Translations under genes and position numbers: made by a program | The notes under the pieces: model-generated | Databases searched by the model: none | The model's input: only the letters and a program-made list of their open reading frames with translations | What the model was told of the DNA's origin: nothing | In this document: positions 52,367 through 61,809 of the stretch, one piece after another | Layout: each line of letters starts with the position of its first letter | Numbering within the stretch: position 1 is the stretch's first letter | Assembly (NCBI GenBank): GCA_963847445.1 | Contig: CAWJZV010000048.1 | Coordinates: forward strand, 128,001-192,000 | Direction: 5' to 3' | Origin: an uncultured delta proteobacterium | GTDB lineage: Bacteria; Desulfobacterota; Binatia; UBA9968 | Length of the DNA stretch: 64,000 bases

Positions 52367-53872
52367 TCAATCGCCCAGTGAGGCGAGGTACCACAAGGCG
52401 CGAATGCTCGGGAGAAAAAAATAGCCGCCGCCGCGCACCGTGACAAATTGCGGCAGACCATGGATACGCCGTGGCAGACCGGAATCCTGGGGGATGGAAA
52501 ACGCATCCGTGACGGGACAACCGGGAATCGGCTGGCGGTTCCCCATCAATGGATCGCTCTCGCCGGACAGGCCATCGAACTTGGTCGCCATTACCCAAGC
52601 GTTTTGCACGAACTCGAACTGTCGCGCGATGTTGGCGTTGATGCAGATGAAGTAAAGCCCACGCTCGTGGTCGTCGACCGCGCCGCCACTCAGCGCCTGC
52701 GCGCGTGACAACGCGCTTCCATAACCCCGGCCGCGCCGGACAATTCGATGGAAGCGCGTCGAAGATACCAGATCGTCACGAAAACTTTTGCGATGGAAGC
52801 CCAAGGTACGCATGAGCCACTGGAACCAGCCCTGGGTGCCGTACGGCAAATCGCCGTTACGGGGATTCACCCGGCGAATATGGGCACCGAACGGGCAGCG
52901 AGTGCCGTCGCTGTCCGATTCATAGGTGAATCCGTCCAGCTTCATGGCATCATTCGCAGCCTGATCGGCGCTGGCAAACTGGCCATTGGATAGCGACACA
53001 AGCGGTTCACCGTTCATGCGCCGACCCACCATGGCTTCGGCAAGTTTAGTTTGATCCACGACATTGCCCTCGGTCTGTCGATCGAGGAAGCGCCAGAAAC
53101 CCGCGACATCCTGTGCCAACTGTCGCAAAACAAGATAACTGCCATTGCGCCCCAGATCTCTTTGGTCGGTAAACTCAGCCGCTGGCAACAAGCCAGCAGT
53201 GCTATCGTCGCCGCCGGGGAGCAAGGGCCGGTCGCAATATTTGCCATATTCGTTTGGATAGCCGAGGAGGAACTCCCCCAACGCCGTCAGGTTGCTGTAT
53301 TCGGGCTGATCGCCGGGCAGTTTTTTCGTTTGATCCCAGTCCAGCTGCGGCTGGCTAATGCCATCTTTGAAACCAAACGGTTCGGTGTCGCTTAAGTCCG
53401 CGCTTGGCAAGCATTGCAAAACCGTGAAGGCATCATCCCAAGAGCCGTTCTGCACGGCATTCTGCCAGCGCTCGAGAGCGCCCGCTTGGGCGTAGAGCAT
53501 GACGAGCAAGTGCGGCATTTTTTCCGCGCCGCCCCAATGCCATTGCGACGGCGCGTTCGCTGCGATATCGCCCAACCGGCGCGAACGGCTTTCTTCGCCG
53601 GCCATGCCGGAAATAAATTCCGGAGAAAACTTCTCAAGGATCGGCCGCGGCAGGCCAATGGCGTCGAGTCCTTCGCCGGTAAAGGCCACTTGCAGCGCGT
53701 GTTGCGGCGGCGGCGCGACCGCCGTGGCATTGGTCACCGGCGCCGTCCGCAGCCAGGATCGAGCCGCGGCGGGATTCTTGATCCGCAATAGGAAAAAACC
53801 AGCCGCCGGCAAGTGGCCGTAACCGTATCGGACGATGCCTTGCACATCGCTATAGTCGATGATCGCGCTCAT
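52367..53872 (-). CDS. Dye-decolorizing (DyP-type) heme peroxidase
   Basis: DVQG, PFGFKDGISQP (GxxDG), GSYLVLRQL, PFGAHIRRVNPR, RIVRRG, QFEFVQ, GGGYFFLPS. Confidence 0.92.
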   Translation of the reverse strand: MSAIIDYSDVQGIVRYGYGHLPAAGFFLLRIKNPAAARSWLRTAPVTNATAVAPPPQHALQVAFTGEGLDAIGLPRPILEKFSPEFISGMAGEESRSRRLGDIAANAPSQWHWGGAEKMPHLLVMLYAQAGALERWQNAVQNGSWDDAFTVLQCLPSADLSDTEPFGFKDGISQPQLDWDQTKKLPGDQPEYSNLTALGEFLLGYPNEYGKYCDRPLLPGGDDSTAGLLPAAEFTDQRDLGRNGSYLVLRQLAQDVAGFWRFLDRQTEGNVVDQTKLAEAMVGRRMNGEPLVSLSNGQFASADQAANDAMKLDGFTYESDSDGTRCPFGAHIRRVNPRNGDLPYGTQGWFQWLMRTLGFHRKSFRDDLVSSTRFHRIVRRGRGYGSALSRAQALSGGAVDDHERGLYFICINANIARQFEFVQNAWVMATKFDGLSGESDPLMGNRQPIPGCPVTDAFSIPQDSGLPRRIHGLPQFVTVRGGGYFFLPSIRALWYLASLGD

Positions 53873-53927
53873 TTATCCTCGCGTCCAAATAAACAAGAAT
53901 TTCGCCTGCGGGGCATTAACCCCGCAC

Positions 53928-54007
53928 GCGACCAAAGGGGATGCTCGCCCCCTTTGGATTCCCCATTTAATGGTGCCCGCAGCAAGCTGCGGGGAATATT
54001 AGATTTA
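53928..54007. repeat. Structured direct repeat of about 80 bp, copy B (5' of the DyP gene)
   Basis: gcgaccaaaggggatgctcgccccctttggattccccatttaatggtgcccgcagcaagctgcgggg..tagattta. Confidence 0.85.
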
Positions 54008-55306
54008 AATCAGTTTTAACCATCGGCGGATCTCATCGTCGCTCATGAAGTTTTTCGTCAGCCCCTCGCGAATTCGGCTATTGATCTCCAGGTCGAATGC
54101 AGTGAGTCCTGGATGGGCGTTGTACCAGACCTCGGTTGGCAGCTGATGCCGGCGAATATAATTCTTAAACTTCTGTTCATCCTTGGCGCCCTGCAAGATC
54201 AGCCAATTGGTCCGGGGATAACCGACGCCGTTACTGAAGACAAGATTCAGCCCCCAGCCGACTTTGTTGATGAAATCGTCCATGTAGCCTTCCAAGCTGC
54301 CGTCGTAATTGCTGGCGAAGAATAGACGGGTTTTGCCGTCGAGAAATACCCAACGGGCAAAGTGAATCGTACCGACACGGGTAAGATGGCCGCGGCGATA
54401 AAGATGGCGGGCGCCGTAGTCGAGTATCCAAACAAAGAAACTTACCGTCCAGCGGCGAAACAGACCGGGCTTGACGGCGCCGATGGCGCTAAACTGATTG
54501 GTCACGTCGTGATCTTCCAGCCCGGCGAGCCGCCGTACATGATCTCGATCCGGCCTTGGGGCAATCTCCGGATCGGCGGTCTCGCGCCGCCGCAGCTGAT
54601 AGGCAAAAACCGGCAGATAGAGAATCAACCACGGTGCGAGAAATATTAAAACAACAGGCACGCCCAAAAGATGCAGCAGATTACCGATTCGCCAGCCGAT
54701 CGGGGTGGCCGCTGCGGGTGACAACGTCAGGCGCTGCGCCGCGATCTCGTCATCGACAAACGCGATCAGTTTCTGCCAAATTATTCGCGGCTCCTGGAGT
54801 GCGAAGTCGGCCGTTTGACCGGCAAGATAACTCACCAGGGCATGGTGCAGAGCGCTCTCTTCATGAATCTGCGCCACTGTGCGTCCGATCCAATTGACGT
54901 ACATCGCGGCAGGGCGCTGCGAGTGATCCTTCAGCCACTGCAACAGGTCATCCGTCGAGCCGAGCCCTTCGCAGTGGGAAAAGATCTGCCGCAACCCCTT
55001 ACCGGCGTGGCGCACCAAGGACTCGAGAAAATCATCACCATCGCCGTCGCAATCGCCGAGAAAGAGCAAGGAAGGCTGCAACGGCAGCGGCGCGATACCA
55101 TGCTGTCTGATATCTTCGCGAGTAGGATCGTCGAGAATCACCAACCGGGCAAAATGCAGTTGGCCAAACCGCGCAAAGGGCAGGATCGAGTTTAACGGAT
55201 CGACGACACCGGGACGTGAGTTCAGCGATTCTAATAGTTCACTCAATGCAGCTTGCCGGCCGGCAGCGATCGGCGCGACCACCATGAAATGGGACTGAGG
55301 CGTCAC
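54005..55306 (-). CDS. Uncharacterised protein next to the DyP gene, with two HFAR-motif domains separated by a TM segment
   Basis: LHFARLVIL..LFLGDCDG and IHFARWVF..FFASNYDGSLEGYMDDF; central hydrophobic helix. Confidence 0.75.
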   Translation of the reverse strand: MTPQSHFMVVAPIAAGRQAALSELLESLNSRPGVVDPLNSILPFARFGQLHFARLVILDDPTREDIRQHGIAPLPLQPSLLFLGDCDGDGDDFLESLVRHAGKGLRQIFSHCEGLGSTDDLLQWLKDHSQRPAAMYVNWIGRTVAQIHEESALHHALVSYLAGQTADFALQEPRIIWQKLIAFVDDEIAAQRLTLSPAAATPIGWRIGNLLHLLGVPVVLIFLAPWLILYLPVFAYQLRRRETADPEIAPRPDRDHVRRLAGLEDHDVTNQFSAIGAVKPGLFRRWTVSFFVWILDYGARHLYRRGHLTRVGTIHFARWVFLDGKTRLFFASNYDGSLEGYMDDFINKVGWGLNLVFSNGVGYPRTNWLILQGAKDEQKFKNYIRRHQLPTEVWYNAHPGLTAFDLEINSRIREGLTKNFMSDDEIRRWLKLI

Positions 55307-55381
55307 AGCGATTCTCGATTACCCGCGCGGATTGCCCATGAATAGCAAAGAACGACAGAGAGACAGGGTTGCTCCGAGCAT

Positions 55382-55813
55382 TTAAAACTTGAGCGCGAAA
55401 TCGATCAGCCGGGTCTTGTCCCAATAAACTTTTCCCAGGTAGAGTCCCGGTTCGATCTCGCGAATCTCGTCGCGGATCCACTGCGCGACGATCGAGGTAT
55501 CCGAGTAATCGAGCACGATGCATTCTTTGCCGTCGAGCCAGCTCGGCCCCTTGTAGACTTTGGCGAGGATGGCGTTGAGACCGAAGGGCAGGATTTTGTT
55601 CTTCAACACGCCCTTTTTGGCGTCGAAGACTTTGCCTTGCCAGGCGAAGTGACTGACGAAACTCGCAATATTCGAACTAAAACTCGTTCCGGGGGCGACA
55701 ATCGCGGTGCCCTCGGCTTCGCCGTCGGGAATTTTGCCCACCGGACTGTTAGTGAAAAGCGTGTCGAGCTCAGCTTGCGACATGCTCAAAAGTTTAGCGA
55801 CATCGTACGCCAT
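55382..55813 (-). CDS. Hypothetical protein (WQGKVF motif)
   Basis: GGAG RBS; AWQGKVFD, SWLDGKECIVLDYS, IRDEIREIEPGLYLGKVY. Confidence 0.8.
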   Translation of the reverse strand: MAYDVAKLLSMSQAELDTLFTNSPVGKIPDGEAEGTAIVAPGTSFSSNIASFVSHFAWQGKVFDAKKGVLKNKILPFGLNAILAKVYKGPSWLDGKECIVLDYSDTSIVAQWIRDEIREIEPGLYLGKVYWDKTRLIDFALKF

Positions 55814-56042
55814 GATGGTCTCCTCCATTGCACCAGTCGAGATCCGCGTTTGCAAAGCCGTGCAACCGCGCACCGCCGAAGGGTAAATTTACTTGGACGA
55901 AATGAGTTTCACACAACCCCACTGGATTCGTCAAGATTTTTTTGCCGCAGCGCGATTTTTAGAATTCATACACGAGGGCGACTAGCGCGCGTCGATTGCG
56001 CAATCCGAGCGGATTTGGCAAAGTCCCGACAAGAAAAATCCG

Positions 56043-56252
56043 ATGAGCACAAAAACCGCGATTCTCTCCATCGGCAATCTCACCGCCGAAAATCTCCCGA
56101 CCCTGCGCGCAGCGTTCCAAGCCGTGCCCGGCGTCGCCAAGATCGACTTCAGCTTGGAGCGCAGCGTCGCCGTACTCGAATTCGACCCTGCCCTGGCGCA
56201 TATCGACGACTTCTTGCGCGCCGTGCTCAAGGCAGGATTTCAGGTGCTGTAG
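56043..56252 (+). CDS. HMA/CopZ-fold small protein lacking CxxC
   Basis: 69 aa; AVPGVAKIDFSLERSVAVLEFDP..RAVLKAGF pattern; no Cys. Confidence 0.65.
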   Translation: MSTKTAILSIGNLTAENLPTLRAAFQAVPGVAKIDFSLERSVAVLEFDPALAHIDDFLRAVLKAGFQVL

Positions 56253-56513
56253 CGAATTGAACGTAGCCGAGGATGGCGGATCGATGATCGAGGATGACAT
56301 TTCGCCGATTCGCGATCTTCCATCTTCCATGTTCGACCGAGTCGCGATCGACGCGTGCAACCCACTCTCGTGGATCGGCCTAACGATTTCACCGAACCTA
56401 TTGGTGCGGACGTTTCGCGTGCTTCGGCGGGGACAACGTGTGGCGGGAAACCTACCCACGATAATATGCGCCTTAGGGAGCAGAGTGGTAATAATTATAC
56501 GGCGTTTTTCGTA

Positions 56514-56750
56514 TTACAGACTTCGTCTTCGCCAGTAACCAGGACGACGGCGTCCATGTGCTACGGCCACGACTTGGATCGTTGCTTCGGTAATTTCGAT
56601 AAATCACAGCGTAGGGAAATCGGCGAAGAAGATATTTTCTTGTGTCGTGCGAATGCTGCGGCCAGCGCGCCGGACCGTTGCGGATGCTCAGGGTATCGCC
56701 GGCTGAGATCGTCAATGCGAGCAGCCGAAATAAGTTCGACCTCGTGTTCT
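56514..56750 (-). pseudogene. Degenerate ParE/RelE family toxin
   Basis: PARWP..TRKYLLRRFPYAVIYR, then a frameshift to IQVVAVAHGRRRPGYWRRR; the N-terminus is disrupted and no antitoxin is present. Confidence 0.75.
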
Positions 56751-56752
56751 AT

Positions 56753-56826
56753 TGTAAAGACCGCCAAGCAAATCGGCGTGACGATTCCGCCGAATGTGCT
56801 GACAAGAGCGGAAAGGCTAATCAGAA
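56753..56826 (+). pseudogene. C-terminal remnant of a PF04392-type ABC binding protein
   Basis: KTAKQIGVTIPPNVLTRAERLIR, the same tail as the downstream copies. Confidence 0.75.
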
Positions 56827-56851
56827 AAGGCAAAATGAACAGAGGAAAGCG

Positions 56852-57844
56852 ATGAAGAGAAGAATCGGTTTCGGGTTACTGACAGCTGCCTTGCTGACTA
56901 CTCCGATACTGACCGAGGCGCAGCAATCCGTCAAAACTCGCACGGATAGGGTTCCTCAGTAACGCCTCTCCCGCGGCGATCTCGGCACGCACGGAGGCAT
57001 TTCGGCAGGGGCTGCGCGAGCTTGGATACGTGGACGGAAAAAACATTGTCATTGAGTACCGATATGCAGAGGGGAGTGTCCGAACGTCTCGCCGCATTCG
57101 CGGCCGAACTTGTGCGTCTCAACGTGGAAGTCATCGTCACTACCGGCGCGACGGTAACCCGCGCCGCCAAGGAAGCAACTGCTATGACTTCCATTGTGAT
57201 GGCGCAGGATATCGATCCTGTTAACAACGGATTTGTCGCTAGCCTGGCGCGGCCGGGCGGTAACATCACTGGACTGTCAACGCTTCACCCGGAGATTAGC
57301 GGTAAACGACTGGAGCTGTTAAAAGAGATCGTTCCTCGGCTGTCGCGTCTAGCCGTCCTCGGCACCTCAACGGTCCCAGGCAACGCACAATCGCTTAAAG
57401 AAACCGAACTCGTCGCGGCGGCGTTCAAGGTGAAGGTTCAATACCTAGACGTGCTAGGTCGTCGCTGATATTGAGCGTGCATTCCGGGAGGCGAGCAAGG
57501 GGCGTGCTGACGCGATCCTGGTGTTTACCGGTCCTGTGTTCAACTCTCGTCGAGCACAAATTGCGGACTTCGCGGTAAAGAGTCGTCTGCCAGTCACATA
57601 TCCACAGGACGAGTACGTGGAAGACGGGGGGCTTATGAGCTACGGCGTGAGTTTCACTGATTTGTTTCGCCGCGCTGCTACGTATGTCGACAAGATTTTG
57701 AAAGGCAGAAAGCCCACCGACCTACCGGTGGAGCAGCCGATCAAGTTCGAGTTCATCGTCAATCTGAAAGCTGCCAAGCAAATCGGCCTGACGATTCCGC
57801 CGAATGTCTTGGTGCGGGCGGATAGAGGTGATTCGGTGAGGTAA
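56852..57844 (+). CDS. ABC substrate-binding protein (PF04392 type), array copy 1, frameshifted
   Basis: [61 protein letters not shown]. Confidence 0.85.
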
Positions 57845-57902
57845 ATATAAATAACATCGGTCTGCAGTCAGTTGTCAGTAAAAAACATCGAATACTATAT
57901 CC

Positions 57903-58888
57903 ATGACTGAAATTATTCTCTTCTTGCTACTAGCGAATGATCTTTTTGACTACGTGCCCTCCACGTTTCCGCGCAGCTACCAACGAAAATCCCTCGGATT
58001 GGATATCTATCTGCTGCATCCGCCTACGACTAACTCGGTCCGCATTGTATCATTTCGGCAGGGCCTTCGTGACTTGGTTACGTGAGGGGAAAAACATTAT
58101 CATTGAACTGCGTTTTGCCGAGGGAAAATTCGATCGTGTCCCCGCGCTAGCGACTGAACTAGTGCATCTCAAAGTAGACATCATCGTCTCGACTGCTTCG
58201 ACAGTAACCCGTGACACGAAGGCAGTAACTTCAACGATTCCCATTGTTATGACAAATGATAACGATCCAGTTGCTAACGGGTTCGTCGCCAGCCTGGCGC
58301 GTCCTGGTGGAAACATAACTGGATTATCGACCTTGTCTCCAGAATTTAGCGGAAAACGACTAGAACTTTTGAAGGAAATCGTTCTAAAACTCTCACATGT
58401 GCGATCCTCGCATCTTCGACCGAACCGGCAACGCAGCAAATGTTAAAAGAGCTGGAACTCGCCGCAGCTGCGTTCGAAGGTAAAGCTGCAATACCTAGAC
58501 GTACTAAATCCCAAGGATTTTGAGCCCGCTTTTCGAGCCGCAACAAGGGGCGGGCTGAAGCTGTCCTTATGCTGTCGAGTCGAAATGATGAATTCTCAGC
58601 GAACACAGATTGTAGAACTTGCGGTAAAGAGCCGGCTCCCAGCGATTTATCGAAAGAGCTGAATTTGTCGAAGCCGGCGGGCTCATGACCTACGGCGCGA
58701 ACTTTTCCGATTTGTACCGGCGCGCCGCTACGTATGTCGACAAGATTCATGAAAGGCGCAAAGCCTGCTGATCTTCCAGTCGAGCAACCGATCAAGTTTG
58801 AGTTCATCATCAATCTCAAAGCTGCGAAGCAGATCGGCCTGACGATTCCGCGAATGTGTTGGTGAGAGCGGATCGGGTGATTCGGTAA
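57903..58888 (+). CDS. ABC substrate-binding protein (PF04392 type), array copy 2, heavily frameshifted
   Basis: The same motif set across at least six frame changes; may be a pseudogene. Confidence 0.75.
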
Positions 58889-59083
58889 TGACATAGAGAT
58901 ATAAAAGCGAAAGAGTTAGATTGAAATCGTTGTCATTTCGAAACCAAAAAGGGAGAAATCAAATGTTTAAATAGCTAATCCACTCGCATTCGTCAATGAC
59001 GATATAGCAATCTCGCACAAAAAAAAAGAACACCGCAAAGGGCATGGAGCAAAGCGCCAAGCACAAGAAACCGGAGAAAACTC

Positions 59084-60070
59084 ATGAATAAAACGAGTCA
59101 TTGGCCTAGCGCTTTGCGCTTTGCTCTTCGCGCTTAGCGTCTCCACACAGGCGCAGCCGCCGAAAACATTCCGCGCATCGGCTTCCTGGCTGCCGGCTCC
59201 GCGGGCGTCGGTGACCAGCCGCATCGAGGCGTTTCGCGCTGGTCTGCGCGAGTTGGGTTACGTTGAAGGTAAGAACCTTGTCATCGAGGAGCGCTATGGC
59301 GATGCCAAGATCGAGCGCGTCCCTGAGTTGGCGGCGGAACTCGTGCCGCTTGAAAGTCGATGTGATCGTCACGGGAGGTTCACAAGCGACTGGACCGGCG
59401 AAGAAAGCCACTTCAACCATTCCCATCGTCATGGCGCAGGACAACGACCCGGTCGGCTCCGGTTTCGTCGCGAGCCTGGCCCAGCCCGGCGGCAATATCA
59501 CCGGCTTGGCCAATCTCAACTCCGAGCTAAGCGGTAAACAACTTGAGGTCTTGAAAGAAAGCTTTCCTAAACTCAGTCGCGTGGCGATTTTGAGCGACAT
59601 GTCGGAGCCCGGCAGCCAACAGCCGGTGAAGGAAACCGAGCGCGCCGCCAAAGCGCTTGGAGTCGAGCCCCACTATTTGGACATACGCGCGCTCAAGGAC
59701 TTCGATGGTGCGCTGATTTCGGCACGCGCCAAAAAACGTCGACGCGCTGCTGGTGCTACCGAGCGCGCTGTTCAATGCCCATCGCAAACAACTGGTCGAG
59801 CTGGCGGCAAAGCTTAAGCTCCCGGCGATGTATCCCAGAGCAGATTACGTCGACGACGGCGGCCTGATGACTTACGGGATCGATGTCAACGACCTATCGC
59901 GCCGCGCCGCGATCTTTGTCGACAAAATCTTAAAAGGCGCTAAACCGGCCGTTATCCCAGTAGAGCAACCTGAGAAGTTCGACCTTATCGTCAACTTGAA
60001 AACCGCCAAGCAGCTCGGCGTCACCATACCTCCTAACGTATTGGTGCGAGCGAGTCGGGTGATTCGATGA
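59084..60070 (+). CDS. ABC substrate-binding protein (PF04392 type), array copy 3, frameshifted
   Basis: EAFRAGLRELGYVEGKN, DPVGSGFVASLAQPGGNITG, GGLMTYG, IPVEQP. Confidence 0.85.
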
Positions 60071-60125
60071 AACACTGCAAAGCGGATGGAGCAAAGCGCC
60101 AAGGGTAAGACGCCGGAGAAAACTC

Positions 60126-61119
60126 ATGAAGCGAAAACTCATTGGCCAAGGGCTCTGCGCTTTGCTCTTCGCCCTTAGCGTTTCCACACAGGCGCAGCAG
60201 CCGAAGAAGGTCCCGCGCATCGGCTATCTGTCGCCGTTTGATCCGGCTACTGAATCAACCCGTGCACAGGGAATCCGCATGTCTCTGCGCGAGCATGGTT
60301 ACATTCAGGGGCAGAACATCACCATCGATTACCGCTGTGCAGAGGGAAGACTCGAGTGGTTTCCTGAGCTTGCTGCCGAGCTAGTGCGTCTCAGGGTTGA
60401 TGTCATCGTGACCGCCGGAGGAGAACTGTTGACCCGAGCGGCCAAGAACGCGACCCAAACGGTTCCCATCGTCATGGCGGGTCAAGGGATAGATCCTGTC
60501 GAAGCTGAACTAATTGAAAGTCTGGCCCGTCCCGGCGGCAACGTCACCGGCATGACAAACCTCCAGGGAGAACTAGGTGGGAAACGGCTGGAGCTGCTCA
60601 AAGAAGCCGTTCCCAAACTCGCTCGCGTCGCGATTCTGCGCGATCCCGCCGGTCCGGGCACGACCCGCGAGATGAAAGAGTTTCTCCTACCTGCGGCGCG
60701 TGAACTTAGGTTGACTATTAAACCTTGGGAGGTACGAGACGCGGACGGATTCGAAAAGGTCTTTGCAGCACTGAGCAAGGAGCGCCCGGATGGACTTTAC
60801 GTACCCAGTAGCCCACTGATAAGCGCTCATGGAAAACGGATCGCGAGCTTTGCCTTAAAGGTCCGTTTGCCTTCGGTGCTACCAAATTAAAGAGCATGTA
60901 GATGCCGGTGGGCTCATGTCCTACGGCGCCGACCTCACCGACAGCTACCGCCGCGTCGCCTATTACGTGGACAGAATCCTCAAAGGAGGTAAACCTGCTG
61001 ACCTGCCCGTCGAGCAGCCGATGAAGTTTGAGTTGGCGTTCAATCTCAAGACCGCCAAGCAAATCGGCCTGACGATTCCGCAGTCGTTGCTGTATCGGGC
61101 GGATACGGTGATACGCTGA
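60126..61119 (+). CDS. ABC substrate-binding protein (PF04392 type), array copy 4, one frameshift near 60885
   Basis: [39 protein letters not shown]. Confidence 0.88.
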
Positions 61120-61151
61120 CAGTCATCAGGAAAAGAAGATTAGGAGCAACA

Positions 61152-61589
61152 ATGAAGACTGCAAAATCTATTTCGTGGTTACTGGCAACTATCCTGCTAA
61201 CAACGGCGCCATCCTCCCAGGCGCAACAGCCAGCGAAGATCCCGCGCATAGGATTCCAACTCGATTCGCCTGCTGCAGCTGCTTGCGGCTCGCATCGAAG
61301 GATTCCGCCAAGGTCTGCGCGATCTGGATATGTTGAAGGCAAAAATATCATCATCGAGCTGCGCTCTTCTGAAGGTAAAGTCGAGCGCCGTAGTGAGATT
61401 GCCGCCGAACTGCGTGCGTCTCAAAGTCGATCATGATCGTATCGGCTGGATCGACGATCACTCGCGTCGTGAAAGAAGCAACTACGACAATTCCAATCGT
61501 TATGGCACAAGATTCCGATCCGGTCGGAAGTGGCTTTGTCGCTAGCCTGCGCGCATGTGCTGGTAAGGGCGGATCGGGTGATCAGGTAA
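61152..61589 (+). pseudogene. ABC substrate-binding protein (PF04392 type), array copy 5, internally deleted
   Basis: The N-terminal half up to DPVGSGFVASL is joined directly to the final [10 protein letters not shown] codons at about 61550. Confidence 0.8.
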
Positions 61590-61716
61590 GGGGTGGAGGT
61601 AAGGAGTAAGGCGACTCTGAGGGAATGGCAGATTCTTAGCGTTTACTGAGGACCGCCGGTTGGAGGTGAAACGAAATTGTTCGAACTGAACTGATTTAGT
61701 TGGAGGTGAAAAAAAG

Positions 61717-61800
61717 GTGTCCGAACTGAACTCTAGCAACCGCTCCGACAAATCCGGTCTGTCATTTTGCATTTTGCACTTTTCATTCTGCAATCTGCAT
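61717..61800 (-). pseudogene. N-terminal remnant of a four-helix-bundle (23S IVS/bAvd-like) gene with its heptamer leader
   Basis: MQNEKCKMQN-DRPDLSERLLEFS, then loss of similarity; CATTTTG-type 7-mers at 61763-61800. Confidence 0.55.
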
Positions 61801-61809
61801 TGGATCCTA

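Noticed and set aside
56852-61589. SBP array as a diversity-generating retroelement target or integron
   Set aside because: No reverse transcriptase, integrase, adenine-specific TR/VR pair or attC-like sites are visible in the window.
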